A DNA stretch of 63,980 nt, filler included, from Octopus bimaculoides (GCF_001194135.2; 6 parts of 5 records of this genome joined end to end with filler, not necessarily neighbours in it); one strand, 5' to 3'; positions 1 through 12,232 are shown, counted from the first letter of the whole stretch. A program made the numbers and translations. Notes: generated by a model from the letters alone, not told the origin.

Positions 1-751
1 CAGTTTATATAGTTTTAATATATTTTTTTATATTTTATAAGTGAAAGAATTATGTATTTGTCGACCTGTTTCGTTTTCACTAATTATGACAGATTCCTTT
101 GAGCGAACACATAGAGATATGTGCAAGCAATATCCAACCAAACATCAGTTTTCGTCATCTACCTGTGAAAAGGAGCAATTTCTGTACAAGAACTTTTAAA
201 TAAAGAAAATTTATTTATCGAAAAATACAGAACACGCCTAAATATAAACGCATAACCAGCTTTGGTCTTAGTATATCTTTTAATTCTTGTTCACATACCG
301 ATGACTGTAAATATTACATCTCACCACTTTAACTTTTTAGTTTTTATATATTTATCCCCTCCCCCAAAATGAGCAATTACCTCCCCTGTCGTGAATAATA
401 ACGATTACTAATTACCTTCCCTTAGATTTTCCTCTTGCCGATTCATTCACAAACACCCCATACACATCACGAACTAAGATTTTCAGAAAATTATGAAATT
501 ATAATAATTTCAATGTCATAATTAACGAAAGCGAAACCGGTCGACAAACAATAATCTTTCACTTATAAAATATATTAAAACTATGTAAACTGTGTGCATT
601 TTCCTTCTTTTATTATATATATATATTTTTTTGCATTAAAACTCACAACGTGGGGATAATCGAAATTCTCCTCCTCATTTTTCTTACTATATACACACAT
701 ACACATACACACACATACACACACACATACGCACACTCACACACACACACT

Positions 752-1626
752 TACGAATTACACTCCAGAAGTTTTAAGACTTTCTTAGGAGAGGCAGTTA
801 TAACTGTCCTTGACTATTGTAATTTTACTATATCATTACTCTACATGTAATAATCTCACCTGCTTACTTCTGTTTTTCTTAGAACGGAGGAGATGGCTGT
901 AACAACAGTTTGAATTCACTGTACTAAACACAGCTTGTCACAGCTGACTAGTTTACGAAACGCAATCGGGACTTGAGGACAATTTGGAAATTGGTTAAGC
1001 AATAAAGTTTTGTGTTAAACTGAGTAAAAACATTACAGAAACTTATGAAATGCTCCAGACTGGTCATGGATTAAGTTGAATGAGCTGATCATCTGTTTTT
1101 CGCTGGCACAAGAGGCCAAGCAAATCAAGTCCACCGGGAAGTTCATGACGATATCCTTTTTTGACATCTTCATCTACATCCATTGTGTTGTCTCTGGTCA
1201 AACGGTGAACAAAGAGTACTTTGTGGAGGGATTGAGGGACTTCACGAAGAGATTTCTTTGCAAAAGGCTAGAGCACCTAAACCTAGACAATGTACCAGTC
1301 CACAATTCCATCCTTGTAATCAGCTAATTGACAGATATGGGCATCAAAACTGACTCTCATCCTACCCACAGCCCAGACCTTGCTGTTGTGAATTTTGGTT
1401 GGCTCCCCAAACTAAAAGAGAAGATGTAGAAGGCTTTAATAAGCGTCCTGGACACTTTCACTTTTGAGGACTTCTATGGGGCCTTCATGAAGTGGCTGAA
1501 GTTCTACAACAAATTCATTGAAGTCAGTGGATCCTACTGTGAAAGAGATTAGAGATTTGTGCTTCTTTGAAATTTTAATAAATGTCTTCCTGAAACAGTC
1601 TTAATACTTCTGGAATACACCTTGTA
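752..1626 (+). mobile_element. Internally deleted mariner (DD34D-type) element with decayed transposase
   Basis: Imperfect TIRs (tacgaattacactccagaagttttaagact at 752; revcomp tacaaggtgtattccagaagtattaagact ending 1626), TA at both ends. Peptides AIKFCVKLSKNITETYEMLQ (HTH, from 999), LDNVPVH, HPTHSPDLA (YSPDLAP-like) and C-terminal EDFYGAFMKW...GSYCERD*. Stops and frameshifts present. Confidence 0.85.
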
Positions 1627-1638
1627 TGTATATGTGTG

Positions 1639-1843
1639 TACGCGGGGCTGCTGAAAAGTATCGTGAAAGGCCTGGTTGGAGACCCAACCTTCCGAGTTCT
1701 TTTACAGGGACTAGAAAAACTGAAGGACGGCTTCAATAAGGGTGTGAATCTTAGAGGGGGTTATGTTAAATAAAATCATAATCAACTGATCCTCTTGTAT
1801 TTTCTTATACCCAAAGCCAGGAACTTTTCAACACCCCCTCGTA
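1639..1843 (+). mobile_element. ~200-bp non-autonomous mariner derivative
   Basis: TA-flanked TIRs tacgcggggctgctgaaaagt / revcomp tacgagggggtgttgaaaagt. The interior encodes LQGLEKLKDGFNKGVNLRGGYVK*, resembling a mariner transposase C-terminus. Confidence 0.8.
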
Positions 1844-1984
1844 TACGGTAGGGTCTCAGTATGTATTATGTGTGTGTGTGTGTGTATGTATGTGTATGTA
1901 TACATACATGTACATACACACGCACGCACACACAACACACACACAGACACACACATGCAACACACGCACACATACATATATACG

Positions 1985-2120
1985 ACTTTCTTCCACACAG
2001 CTTTCGTTTACTAAACTTCATTCACAAGGCATTAGCCGACTCGAGGCCATTCTACCGTACAATGGGATCGAACCCGATACAACTAGTTTGCGAAGCGAAC
2101 TTCTTAACCATGCAGCCATG
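1985..2120 (-). mobile_element. SINE-B 5' fragment, diverged
   Basis: Reverse-strand similarity to the tRNA-like head and body of the copy at 8671-9076. Confidence 0.6.
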
Positions 2121-2939
2121 TTTAATCTTTTTTTTTAATAAGTGCGCAAATATTGACGTGATTCATAGGTTTTAAAGCTTGATCAGTGAGAATTTATGGA
2201 TATTCGATGTAAATATAAGCTGAGATTTGTGTAATAATACAATTTGTCGAAATGAAGGAAGTGTTGTACTCATTACAATGTGCTAACATGCATTGTAATG
2301 AATACGCACTGATGAAAACCTTATATCTTTACCGAAGTTGTGGAAATAGTTTGTTTGAATTGTTGGTTAACCAATAGAATGTTCAACATGCATGTCATGT
2401 AGGCATCGAACAATTGAGTTCCACTGACCTGGGAATTGTGTGCGGAAAATCATTAATTGGAGGCAAGTGTATTAAAAGTGCAAATATAACATTGATAGAT
2501 TGCGTTTTTCTATTGAAGTAAAACCAATATATAGAACAAAGACGCTGTAAAATGGATATTCTTGTAGAGAAAAATTTAAGTACACATGTACTATTAGTGC
2601 ACTTTAGAAGGTGACGTGTGATCATGTTCGTACGATCATACCGAATTTAGCTTGTCTCTTAAAATGGCTGCTGTTTTGCTCCAGTGCATACTTCACAGAG
2701 TTGAACATAGTATAGCACGAGTTGGTCATTGTAGCGAGGTTCTCTGATCTTTGCTGCCGATATTATTTAAATAATATCATTTCATTGTGCTCATCGTATT
2801 GCTATATTCTTGCTTACTTTATTAAATTTGTCAGCACTAACTTGAATATTAGTCTTCACGCGAATGGCAAATCTGGGTGGTAATTAATGTCTGCTGTTTA
2901 TTTATTTATGAATTTATTTATCTATGATTTTACTGGGTG

Positions 2940-3045
2940 GTTACTGGACTGCAGCCATGGTTGGGCACCGTAGTCAATAATTTTATTTGATCGAACTCAT
3001 TTCATTTTGTTTTCTAACAGGCCGCTAAGTTACAGAGCTGGCATG
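2940..3045 (-). mobile_element. SINE-B 3' remnant
   Basis: gactgcagccatggttgggcaccg resembles the SINE-B tail gactgcggccatgctggagcaccg. Confidence 0.4.
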
Positions 3046-3154
3046 ATGGGACATAGTTCTTAATCGGGTTTACACCCGTAAACATAGACGTTTATATATA
3101 CTTTACATAATATATATCTCCATCCATCTGTCTAGCTGTATATACAAACATACG

Positions 3155-3192
<38 letters not shown>

Positions 3193-3202
3193 NNNNNNNN
3201 NN

Positions 3203-3243
<41 letters not shown>

Positions 3244-3342
3244 GTATCTCTTTCTCTCTCGTGCTCTCTCTCTCTCTCTATATATATATATATTTATAAA
3301 TGCATGTATGTATATATGTGTATATATATATACACGCATATG

Positions 3343-3379
<37 letters not shown>

Positions 3380-3489
3380 NNNNNNNNNNNNNNNNNNNNN
3401 NNNNNNNNNNNNNNNNNNNNNNNNNNNNNNNNNNNNNNNNNNNNNNNNNNNNNNNNNNNNATATGTATGTATATATATAATTTGAGAAG

Positions 3490-3690
3490 CACTGTTGTAG
3501 GCTGTAGTTTCCGGCTCGGAATTTCTGGAACCACCGTTGACACTGGCTGACGCTTATTGTCCGATCCTCATATACTGCATTAATATTCCTCGCACTTTCC
3601 GTTGTGTTGTTGCCTTTATTGAACTCGTGAGGCAAAATATGCCGAATATGATCCTTTGTCATTTCCGTTATAACTTTGAAAAAATACCTG
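3490..3690 (-). mobile_element. Mariner transposase N-terminal fragment (cecropia/mellifera-like)
   Basis: MTKDHIRHILPHEFNKGNNTTESARNINAVYEDRTISVSQCQRWFQKFRAGNYSL matches the mariner paired-like HTH pattern. No TIR retained. Confidence 0.8.
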
Positions 3691-4323
3691 TTAAAATGTA
3701 CCGAGAGTGATAAAAATCAAACATCCAGTCAACATCATGGTGTTTGGAGAGATCACTAGTGATGGCGACGTTATGCCTCCATTCAACTTCCCACATGGCC
3801 TCAGACTCAACACGGAGGCCTACATCAAGTACCTGGAGGAGGTAGTGCTGCCCTGGGTCAAGAGGGTGGCTGCTGGAAGACCCTATGTCAGGCAATAGGA
3901 CTCTGCACCATGCCACACAAGCAGGAGAATCCAGTCATGACTGTCGGACAATTCCTGCGACGACATCACACACACACGACTAACATCTGACCACCTAACT
4001 CCCCAGGCTGCAACCCGCTTGATTATTATGTGTGGGCGCAGTTGAGCGAGAGATCATCAAAACTCCTTGTAACACCAAAGATGAACTGAAGGCAAGGATT
4101 ATGGCAGCATTCACCAACTTAGACAAGGAGACCGTCCAGAAGAGTTGCAGGAGATTCCGAGGCCGTGGTTGAAACCAATGGCGATTTTATTGAATAAATT
4201 TATTCTTTATTATTTCTAGATATTTTTTTATGTAATTTTGGGTAAACATATCTGTTAAAACGAGATGTCAGTGTTATTTTCATTTTCGCGTAATTTGGAC
4301 GACAATTTATTCACCGTACCCTG
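3690..4323 (+). mobile_element. DD37D (maT-like) Tc1/mariner transposase, 3' half with right TIR
   Basis: KHPVNIMVFGEITSDGDVMPPF...RPYVRQ*DSAPCHTS, then after a frameshift (W)PPNSPGCNPLDYYVW. The reconstructed D-to-D spacing is about 37 aa. The right end reads CAGGGTACGGTGAATAAATTG on the minus strand. Confidence 0.9.
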
Positions 4324-5026
4324 CGCGCGTGTATATGTATATATATATTACATTGCATGTAACGTAGAATATATATAAAACATATAAGATAGATGTACTA
4401 CTGTTAAGTTTAGAGTTTCATTTAGATAACCATCGTCCAATATAGAGCTTAAGCTCCTGCTATACTTAGTAGTATAATTACTTATGATATACAGAGCAAA
4501 GGTAGGAGAAATTACGACGAACATTAGTTCTCTGTAACAAAAACGTTACCCGTTGATAGGTTGTGGTTAAGCATCCAAGTGTACTTGGAAGATCCAATGC
4601 CATGTACCAAACAATCACAGTTATGGAAACGTACGTAAGAACAAAGGATACGAACTTGTGTTTATCGTAATTTCTTGTAAAACAGAGATATAGAAGCACA
4701 CACATAAACACACGACACATAGAAGACCGCACACAGAAGGTGTAATGTATTCATTGGCATAGCGATGTTGATGTAATTTGTCGAAATTGCTCAGCTTATG
4801 CACCGTTTTTCTTTTTTGGTTCTTGTATTTGGGTTGTAATGGTTTAAAAAAAGTCAAGTTGTAGTTAGCAGCTGTTTTTTAAATTGTTGTAAAAAAAGAT
4901 AGTTGTAAAAAGATTGCTGTGAGCTGGCAGCAGAAGCCCAATTAGTAACTGACTTACGCTATTGACCAGACTATGGAGAATGCCAAGAACAGTATAGGCA
5001 CCTCTTTAATGATATTTCTTAGAATA

Positions 5027-5100
5027 AAGGCGGTGAGCTGGCAGAAACGTTAGCACGCCGGACGAAATGCTTAGCAGTATTTCGTTTGTCTTTACGTTTA
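5027..5100 (+). mobile_element. SINE-A 5' fragment
   Basis: ggcggtgagctggcagaaacgttagcacgccggacgaaatgcttagc, near-identical to the head of the copy at 31621. Confidence 0.7.
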
Positions 5101-5318
5101 AGCGGAACCCGGAGCCAAGACACTTGCTCAAGGTGCCACGCAGTGGGACTGAACCCGGAGCCATTTTATCTTCAACGTGTTTCAGTCGTGCTGAGCAATG
5201 CCTTAAAGCGTTTTAGTCGAACACGTTGACCTCGCTACTTCTTTTAATGTTTGGTATTTATTTTTCATCGACTCTTTTTGCAAAGGCTGGTTGTCAAGCG
5301 ATGAAGGACGAGAGAATA

Positions 5319-5330
<12 letters not shown>
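5101..5330 (-). mobile_element. Scrambled SINE-B fragments
   Basis: gacacttgctcaaggtgccacgcagtgggactgaacccgg (head, reverse strand) followed by diverged 3'-half pieces. Confidence 0.5.
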
Positions 5331-5366
<36 letters not shown>

Positions 5367-5368
<2 letters not shown>

Positions 5369-5564
5369 CGCAGGTGTGGCTGTGTGGTAAGAAGTTTGCT
5401 TCCCAACCACATGTTTAGGGGTTTAGTCCCACTGCATGACACCTTGGGCAGGTGTCTTCTACCATAGCCAAGAGCTGACCAATACCTTGTGAATGGATTT
5501 GGTAACCGAAAACTGTATATGTGTGTGTATGTGTGTGTATGTGTGTGCATGCGTGTTTGTGTTC

Positions 5565-5614
<50 letters not shown>

Positions 5615-5850
5615 ATACGTGTGTGAGTGCGTATGTCTGTGTCATTATGTGTCGCCACACCGCTTGACAACCAGTGTTGGCTTGTATACGTCCCCGTAAC
5701 TTAACAGTTCGACAAAAGAGTACGATAAAAGAAGTAACAAGCTTAAAAGTAAATTAAGTATTGAGGTCGACTTGATCAACTGATCCCTCGAAAGCGATGC
5801 CCCAGGATGTCCGAAGTCCAGGGACTGAAAGAAATAAAAGCTAAAAGCTA
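5367..5850 (+). mobile_element. SINE-B, full length, diverged, internal (GT)n
   Basis: A-box tggctgtgtgg, B-box-like ggtttagtccc, CORE-like caccttgggcaggtgtctt, internal microsatellite, 3' half ending gactgaaagaaataaaag. Confidence 0.85.
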
Positions 5851-5904
5851 CACACACACACACACACTTACACACACACTTACACACACGCATACATACA
5901 CACA

Positions 5905-5990
5905 CAACAGTCTTCTAAACAGTTTGCCTCCAAAATTCACTCATAAGACATTGGTCAGTCTGGGAATATGGCATGGCCTTATAGTAGAAG

Positions 5991-5995
<5 letters not shown>
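5905..5995 (-). mobile_element. SINE-B internal fragment
   Basis: aaattcactcataagacattggtc...tatagtagaagacac matches the SINE-B body on the reverse strand. Confidence 0.5.
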
Positions 5996-6024
<29 letters not shown>

Positions 6025-6439
6025 ACATGTATGCACATGCCTCTACATCACATTTGTCCTATAGTTCTTGGTCGCTTGCAATGCATCCATCCCACCTAAG
6101 TCCATCTGCTAACCCTTCTTAACTTGCTGTCATTCCACCGTATTCACCTCATTGAAACACTTACAAATAAATGAGCAAACTCTGTGAAGGACGAAGTCAA
6201 CACAATAATCTATTTCAGCCCACCCCAGACCACCCCAGACCACCCAATCCCCGAAATTACCCCTTGCCTGCATTAATTATTCATATTACTTCCAGCTATT
6301 GTGTATTATTGTGTATTTGAACTTTTGACCTCGGCGGAGGTCACTTTGTTCCCTTTCATCCTATTCTCCTCCTCGCCTCATCTCCAGCTTAACCATGAAA
6401 ATGATTCTGCGTAATATATTTTTGTAAACACAAGCACAC

Positions 6440-6509
6440 ACACACACATACACACACTCTCTCTCTCTTTCTTTCTCACTCTCTCTCTCTCTTACTCTCT
6501 CTCACTCAC

Positions 6510-6547
<38 letters not shown>

Positions 6548-6727
6548 TCTCTCTCTCTCTTTCTCACTCTCTCTCTTTCTCACTCTCTCTCTTTCTCACT
6601 CTCTCTCTTTCTCACTCTCTCTCTTTCTCACTCTCTCTCTTTCTCACTCTCTCTCTCTCTCTTTCTCACTCTCTCTCTCTCTCTTTCTCACTCTCTCGCT
6701 CTCTCTCTCTCTCTCTCTTACTCTCTC

Positions 6728-6795
<68 letters not shown>

Positions 6796-6800
6796 ACACA
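6440..6800. repeat. Compound (CT)n/(CA)n microsatellite with a ttctcactctctctct higher-order unit
   Basis: Directly visible tandem repeats. Confidence 0.9.
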
Positions 6801-7139
6801 CAGTGTAGTTCAACAAAATTTGGGTTAGCACCTTATAGTATACTATTCAAATCTCGTCCACAGGTACTGGTCACCAAATGTCATCGTACAGTGGGAATAC
6901 GGCTGTCACTGGATACACATCTCGAATGCCATAGTATCCGTAGAGGTTATAGAAAGAGATAGTATAGAGAAAACGGATTGAACGACATTCTTTATTCCAT
7001 ATCATATAGAGACACATCGATATATAGAGTGCAAGTCGCTGATTGTAATCTGGGATAATGTTATCAAGCGTTTATGGTTATTAAAAGTTTGGGGTTTCAA
7101 AGGGTTTCAGGATAGGCGATCTTAATATTATCTGCTAGT

Positions 7140-7345
7140 ATGTCGGTGTGCTGGAGAATCGTTACTGCGCCGAGCAGAATGCTTAGCGGTATTTCGTCCG
7201 TCTTCACGTTCCGAGTTCAAATTCAACCGAGGTTGACTTTGTCTTTCATCCTTTCGGGATCGATAAAATAGGTACCAGTTAAGTACAGGGGTGATTGTAA
7301 ACGACTTACCCCTGTCCCGAAATTTCTGCCAAAATTTGAAATCAG
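7140..7345 (+). mobile_element. SINE-A, diverged
   Basis: gagttcaaattc B-box and gttgactttgtctttcatcctttcgggatcgataaaataggtaccagt central domain. Confidence 0.8.
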
Positions 7346-7821
7346 TATTATCGAACGTTTATGGTTGTTTAAATCTGTATGTTTCAAAGAGATTCAGGAT
7401 ACACGTGCTTAATATTATCAGCTAATTATTGGGGATCTTTTTCAAATTATTCCAACAAGTTGAAGTAGTTCACTGCTGACGAGTTCATTTTACATCTGTG
7501 TTTAAAACTTGAAAAAAAAAAGAAAAAAAAGAAATCTGCTGAAAATTAGAAATATATCAAGTGGTTGAAAGAATTTTAAAAAGATCTGTCGTTGCTATCT
7601 TTGGGCGAACAAACTAATAAGTTGAAATACAATTAAGATGATTTTAAATGTTCTAAACTTGTTCAATAATATTGCTGAGAAAAAAAAATCGAATTCTAAA
7701 TAGCGAACAGTCTGTCTTCTCCTTAATAAAGAGGGGAGCAAAAAACTTCACCAAACATACGTACGCACGTACACACATACAGCTCTCTCTCTCTCTCTCT
7801 CCCTCCACCCTCTATCTCTTG

Positions 7822-7860
<39 letters not shown>

Positions 7861-7900
7861 NNNNNNNNNNNNNNNNNNNNNNNNNNNNNNNNNNNNNNNN

Positions 7901-7941
<41 letters not shown>

Positions 7942-8199
7942 GAGTCCTGATCACGTTCCTATGAACTGCTGACTCTCACGAATATCGATTTTTTCAGACT
8001 AGTGGTTTCGTTTCGTCCAGCTCTGAAGTATACTGCGTTTTTTTTTTTAAACACTATGCGTCTTTAAAAGTATCTCTCGCAGAAGAGAAACCACTGCCCC
8101 TGGCGTTTAACAACACACATTTGTTAAATATGCGATATTCATGATGTTTACATTACTAAACTGCATCTACCACATAATTTGAATACATACCGTTCGAAT

Positions 8200-8272
8200 A
8201 AAAATTCTTGAAGGTGGTACCCCAGCATGGCCGCAGTCTAATGGCCGAAACAAGTAAAAGATAAAAGATAAA
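8200..8272 (+). mobile_element. SINE-B/CR1-type 3' tip
   Basis: ggtggtaccccagcatggccgcagtctaatggccgaaacaagtaaaagataaaag. Confidence 0.6.
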
Positions 8273-8299
8273 ACACATGCACACGCACATATATACACA

Positions 8300-8372
<73 letters not shown>

Positions 8373-8530
8373 GTATGCACACACACACGTGTTTGTGTAG
8401 ATAGGCGCAATATAATACCATAAAGGAAAAATTCAGTCATGAGTAATTGTGACCGAGGGTGCTGAAGCATCTATATTGCAAGAAATAAGTGTTAAAAACC
8501 CTTGATGCTGTATAAAGCACACGATATATA

Positions 8531-9344
8531 TACACAATGATAGGGAAGATAACCGCCACATGAGCCAATCTAGGGTCACTGGACTTGACTAGTTTCGTTT
8601 ATCAGTCGCAGACATATCACCAGTGACTACTCAATCTCTCAATGGTTTGGCTAAATCTGTCTGTCAGTATACTCTTTACTCTTTTACTCTTTTACTTGTT
8701 TCAGTCATTTGACTGCGGCCATGCTGGAGCACCGCCTTTAGTCGAGCAAATCGACCCCAGGACTTATTCTTTGTAAGCCTAGTGCATATTCTATCGGTCT
8801 CTTTTGCCGAACCGCTAAGTTACGGGGACGTAAACACACCAGCATCGGTTGTCAAGCGATGTTGCAGGGACAAACACAGACACACAAACACACACATATA
8901 TACATATACACGACGGGCTTCTTTCAGTTCCCGTCTACCAAATCCACTCACAAGTCTCTGGTCGACCCGAGGCTATAGTAGAAGACACTTGCCCAAAGTG
9001 CCACGCAGTGGGACTGAACCCGGAACCATGTTGTTGGTAAGCAAGCTACTTACCACACAGCCACTCCTGCGTCTATATATTTACCACATAAATTTATGGT
9101 TGATTTAGCGAAATACTAATATGTAAATCAAAAATTAATATAAACAGATAAGCGCGACACATTAGCATTTTACTAAATCAACTGTAAATTTATATGGTAA
9201 ATATATACACTGAAAGATCGATTTAGCCAAACCATTGAGAGATTGAGTAGTCACTGCGGACGAGTCTACGACAGATAGATGAAGCTTGTCTAGTCTAGTG
9301 ATCCTAGAGACGCTCATGGGGCGGTTATCTCACCTATCAGTGTA
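8531..9344. mobile_element. Foldback MITE (~190-bp arms, ~32-bp spacer) interrupted by a SINE
   Basis: 8531-8670 plus 9074-9124 is the reverse complement of 9157-9344 (e.g. cagtgactactcaatctctcaatggtttggctaaatc / gatttagccaaaccattgagagattgagtagtcactg). TA at both termini. Confidence 0.85.
8671..9076 (-). mobile_element. SINE-B, full length, well preserved
   Basis: Complete head (atagacgcaggagtggctgtgtggtaag...gggttcagtccc on minus), internal (TG/TA)n, tail ...cagtcaaatgactgaaacaagtaaaagagtaaaagag. Confidence 0.95.
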
Positions 9345-9562
9345 TTTTCACTGTAAGCTTCATAGAATCATTAAGAGTATTTAAACTCTTATTTCTAGCA
9401 ATATAGGTGCTTCAGCCCCCTCATTCATATTTCGTGACTATTAAATATATGTGTGTGTATGTGTGTGTGTTGTGTGCGTGTGCGTGTGCGTGTGCGTGTG
9501 TGCATGAGTGTATGTCTGTGTGTGTACGTATGTATATATGTATGGTGTGTGTGTATGTATGC

Positions 9563-9621
<59 letters not shown>

Positions 9622-10429
9622 TTGCCTTGCCTTGTTCCAGCAATATGTTGATAGGGGCGCCGTCTTGATNNNNNNNNNNNNNNNNNNNNNNNNNNNNNNN
9701 NNNNNNNNNNNNNNNNNNNNNNNNNNNNNNNNNNNNNNNNNNNNNNNNNNNNNNNNNNNNNNNNNNNNNNNNNNNNNNNNNNNNNNNNNNNNNNNNNNNN
9801 NNNNNNNNNNNNNNNNNNNNNNNNNNNNNNNNNNNNNNNNNNNNNNNNNNNNNNNNNNNNNNNNNNNNNNNNNNNNNNNNNNNNNNNNNNNNNNNNNNNN
9901 NNNNNNNNNNNNNNNNNNNNNNNNNNNNNNNNNNNNNNNNNNNNNNNNNNNNNNNNNNNNNNNNNNNNNNNNNNNNNNNNNNNNNNNNNNNNNNNNNNNN
10001 NNNNNNNNNNNNNNNNNNNNNNNNNNNNNNNNNNNNNNNNNNNNNNNNNNNNNNNNNNNNNNNNNNNNNNNNNNNNNNNNNNNNNNNNNNNNNNNNNNNN
10101 NNNNNNNNNNNNNNNNNNNNNNNNNNNNNNNNNNNNNNNNNNNNNNNNNNNNNNNNNNNNNNNNNNNNNNNNNNNNNNNNNNNNNNNNNNNNNNNNNNNN
10201 NNNNNNNNNNNACATATACACACATACATACATACATACATACATACACATACATACTCACACACATAATACATACATACATACACACACATACATACAT
10301 ACATACATACATACATACATACATGCATACATACATACCTACCTACATACATACATACATACATGCATACATACATACATACATACATACATACATACAT
10401 ACATACATACATGCGCGTATGCATGCATG

Positions 10430-11016
10430 TATGAAGGGTTGACTTCTAGCCATGCCATTGCCTGTTTGTTCTCTCAAAGCAGCAGAGATATGCCTTTTCA
10501 GTCCTGCAGGTGGCTTACATTCTTTTGCAGAGATGTAGTAACAATGGGTGCCTCTCTTGCAGCAGGTGTTCAGAGAGCTTACCAACCCACGCCCACACAT
10601 GCCTTCATTCCATCATAGAATTTTTCATTGAGGTTTTCGTCTTTTTCAGTTACGGCCATAGTATCTAACACCTGACGAAGAGGTGAGAAATTAAACAATG
10701 CTTATGCTTGAAGCTTTTTAAAGTAAAGAAAAGCCTTGCACAGAGCCATTCCCACTCATTAAACAACGAATGCGTTCGTTCAAAAAGAAGAAATACTCTA
10801 CATGATTGGTTGGTTGCAAACGAAGTCGCATGCGTTTGATCAGAATTTTCCTTCTCCTAGACAAATGTCTAATCATGCTCTAGTGGTCTCTCATTACCAA
10901 GCTGTTGGATAGCCGTGGACTCAATTGAGTTCGCCTGCCCTTTGAGAGGTTTTGTTTTCCGATCTGTTGGCTATCTTTTACCAAACAAACGTGGTAGGTT
11001 TGCCGGTTTAGTCGCC
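10430..11016 (-). mobile_element. ~600-bp RTE-derived non-autonomous element, copy 1
   Basis: Colinear similarity to 30968-31590 along its length. Contains an RT remnant (YDGMKACVGVG) followed closely by ECKPPAGLKRHI, which resembles the RTE C-terminal motif. Confidence 0.7.
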
Positions 11017-11897
11017 AAAACACATGCATACATATATACATACATACATACATACATGCATGCATACATACATACATACTTTTTTTCTCTCCCCTTGTTT
11101 CTCTCCTTGTTTCTTTCTGTGTTCCTTTCTGTTGAAGAGCGTAGGCTCGAAATGTTAAAGACTTTCTCTATTCCCGAGCGTTATACTAATACATCCATTT
11201 GTTGTTTACACCACCTGTCTTCGTCTGTTGTTTTTTCGTGAATTCTCCCTATACATACATACATACATACATACATACATACACGCACGCATATATGTAG
11301 TGAGGAGACAGAGAGAAACTGTGACATTACAACAAATATTGCAAAATTATGTCACTGTATTAGCATAGTGTTCTAGACTAGAGAAAAACGGAAGAAAAGT
11401 GTTTAACAGTTACAAACGTCAATTTGGAACTGGACATAATATATATCAGAAATGCAAACTATAAGATTAGCGAATAAGTAAATATTAAAAAATGCATGTA
11501 TTTTATGTAGAAAGTAGAAGTACTTATGTTTCATAATGAATATCTCTTTTGTATGCCATGCAAAAATATGTCCCAGTTAAACCAAACAGAGGAAGCATTG
11601 ATTCCACACCACTACAGTAACAAAATTAATCTATATATAACCTGCATATTTCTACTTGAGGAAAAGTTATATATTTTAGGCGCCTCTTTGTTCGTGAGTA
11701 AAATGATTCCGAATGGTTCGTCATAACTGAAGCTAGAGGTACTGATGATGGTTCACTACAATATAGTGTCGATATGTATGTATGTATGAAGTATGTATGT
11801 ATGTATGTATGTATGTATGTATGTATGTATGTATGTATGTATGTGTGATTGTATGTGTGTGCATGTATGTATGTGTGCTTGTATGTATTTATATGTA

Positions 11898-11941
<44 letters not shown>

Positions 11942-11963
11942 CGTCTGTCTGTCTCTTTGTCTG

Positions 11964-12003
<40 letters not shown>

Positions 12004-12091
12004 NNNNNNNNNNNNNNNNNNNNNNNNNNNNNNNNNNNNNNNNNNNNNNNNNNNNNNNNNNNNNNNNNNNNNNNNNNNNNNNNNNNNNNNN

Positions 12092-12136
<45 letters not shown>

Positions 12137-12232
12137 TCATACATACACACACACACATACATGCATACATACATACATACATAATACATACATACATACA
12201 TACATACATACATACATACATACATACATAGG

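Noticed and set aside
9407-10618. Long ORFs (up to ~400 aa) here and at 31.5-32.5, 47.3-48.6, 50.4-51.4 and 62.4-63.9 kb
   Set aside because: They consist of translated dinucleotide/tetranucleotide repeats (HTHT, YIYI, CVCV, MYVC) and N runs; there is no coding signal.
10670-10700. CTGACGA...GAAA hammerhead-like spacing
   Set aside because: No stem II pairing, and it lies within the mini-RTE on the opposite strand.
11110-11255. gaagagcgtaggctcgaaa as a Penelope-type minimal hammerhead ribozyme
   Set aside because: The core reads UUGAAGA rather than CUGANGA and I could not identify stems I and III. Probably a repeat fragment, but not classifiable from this window.
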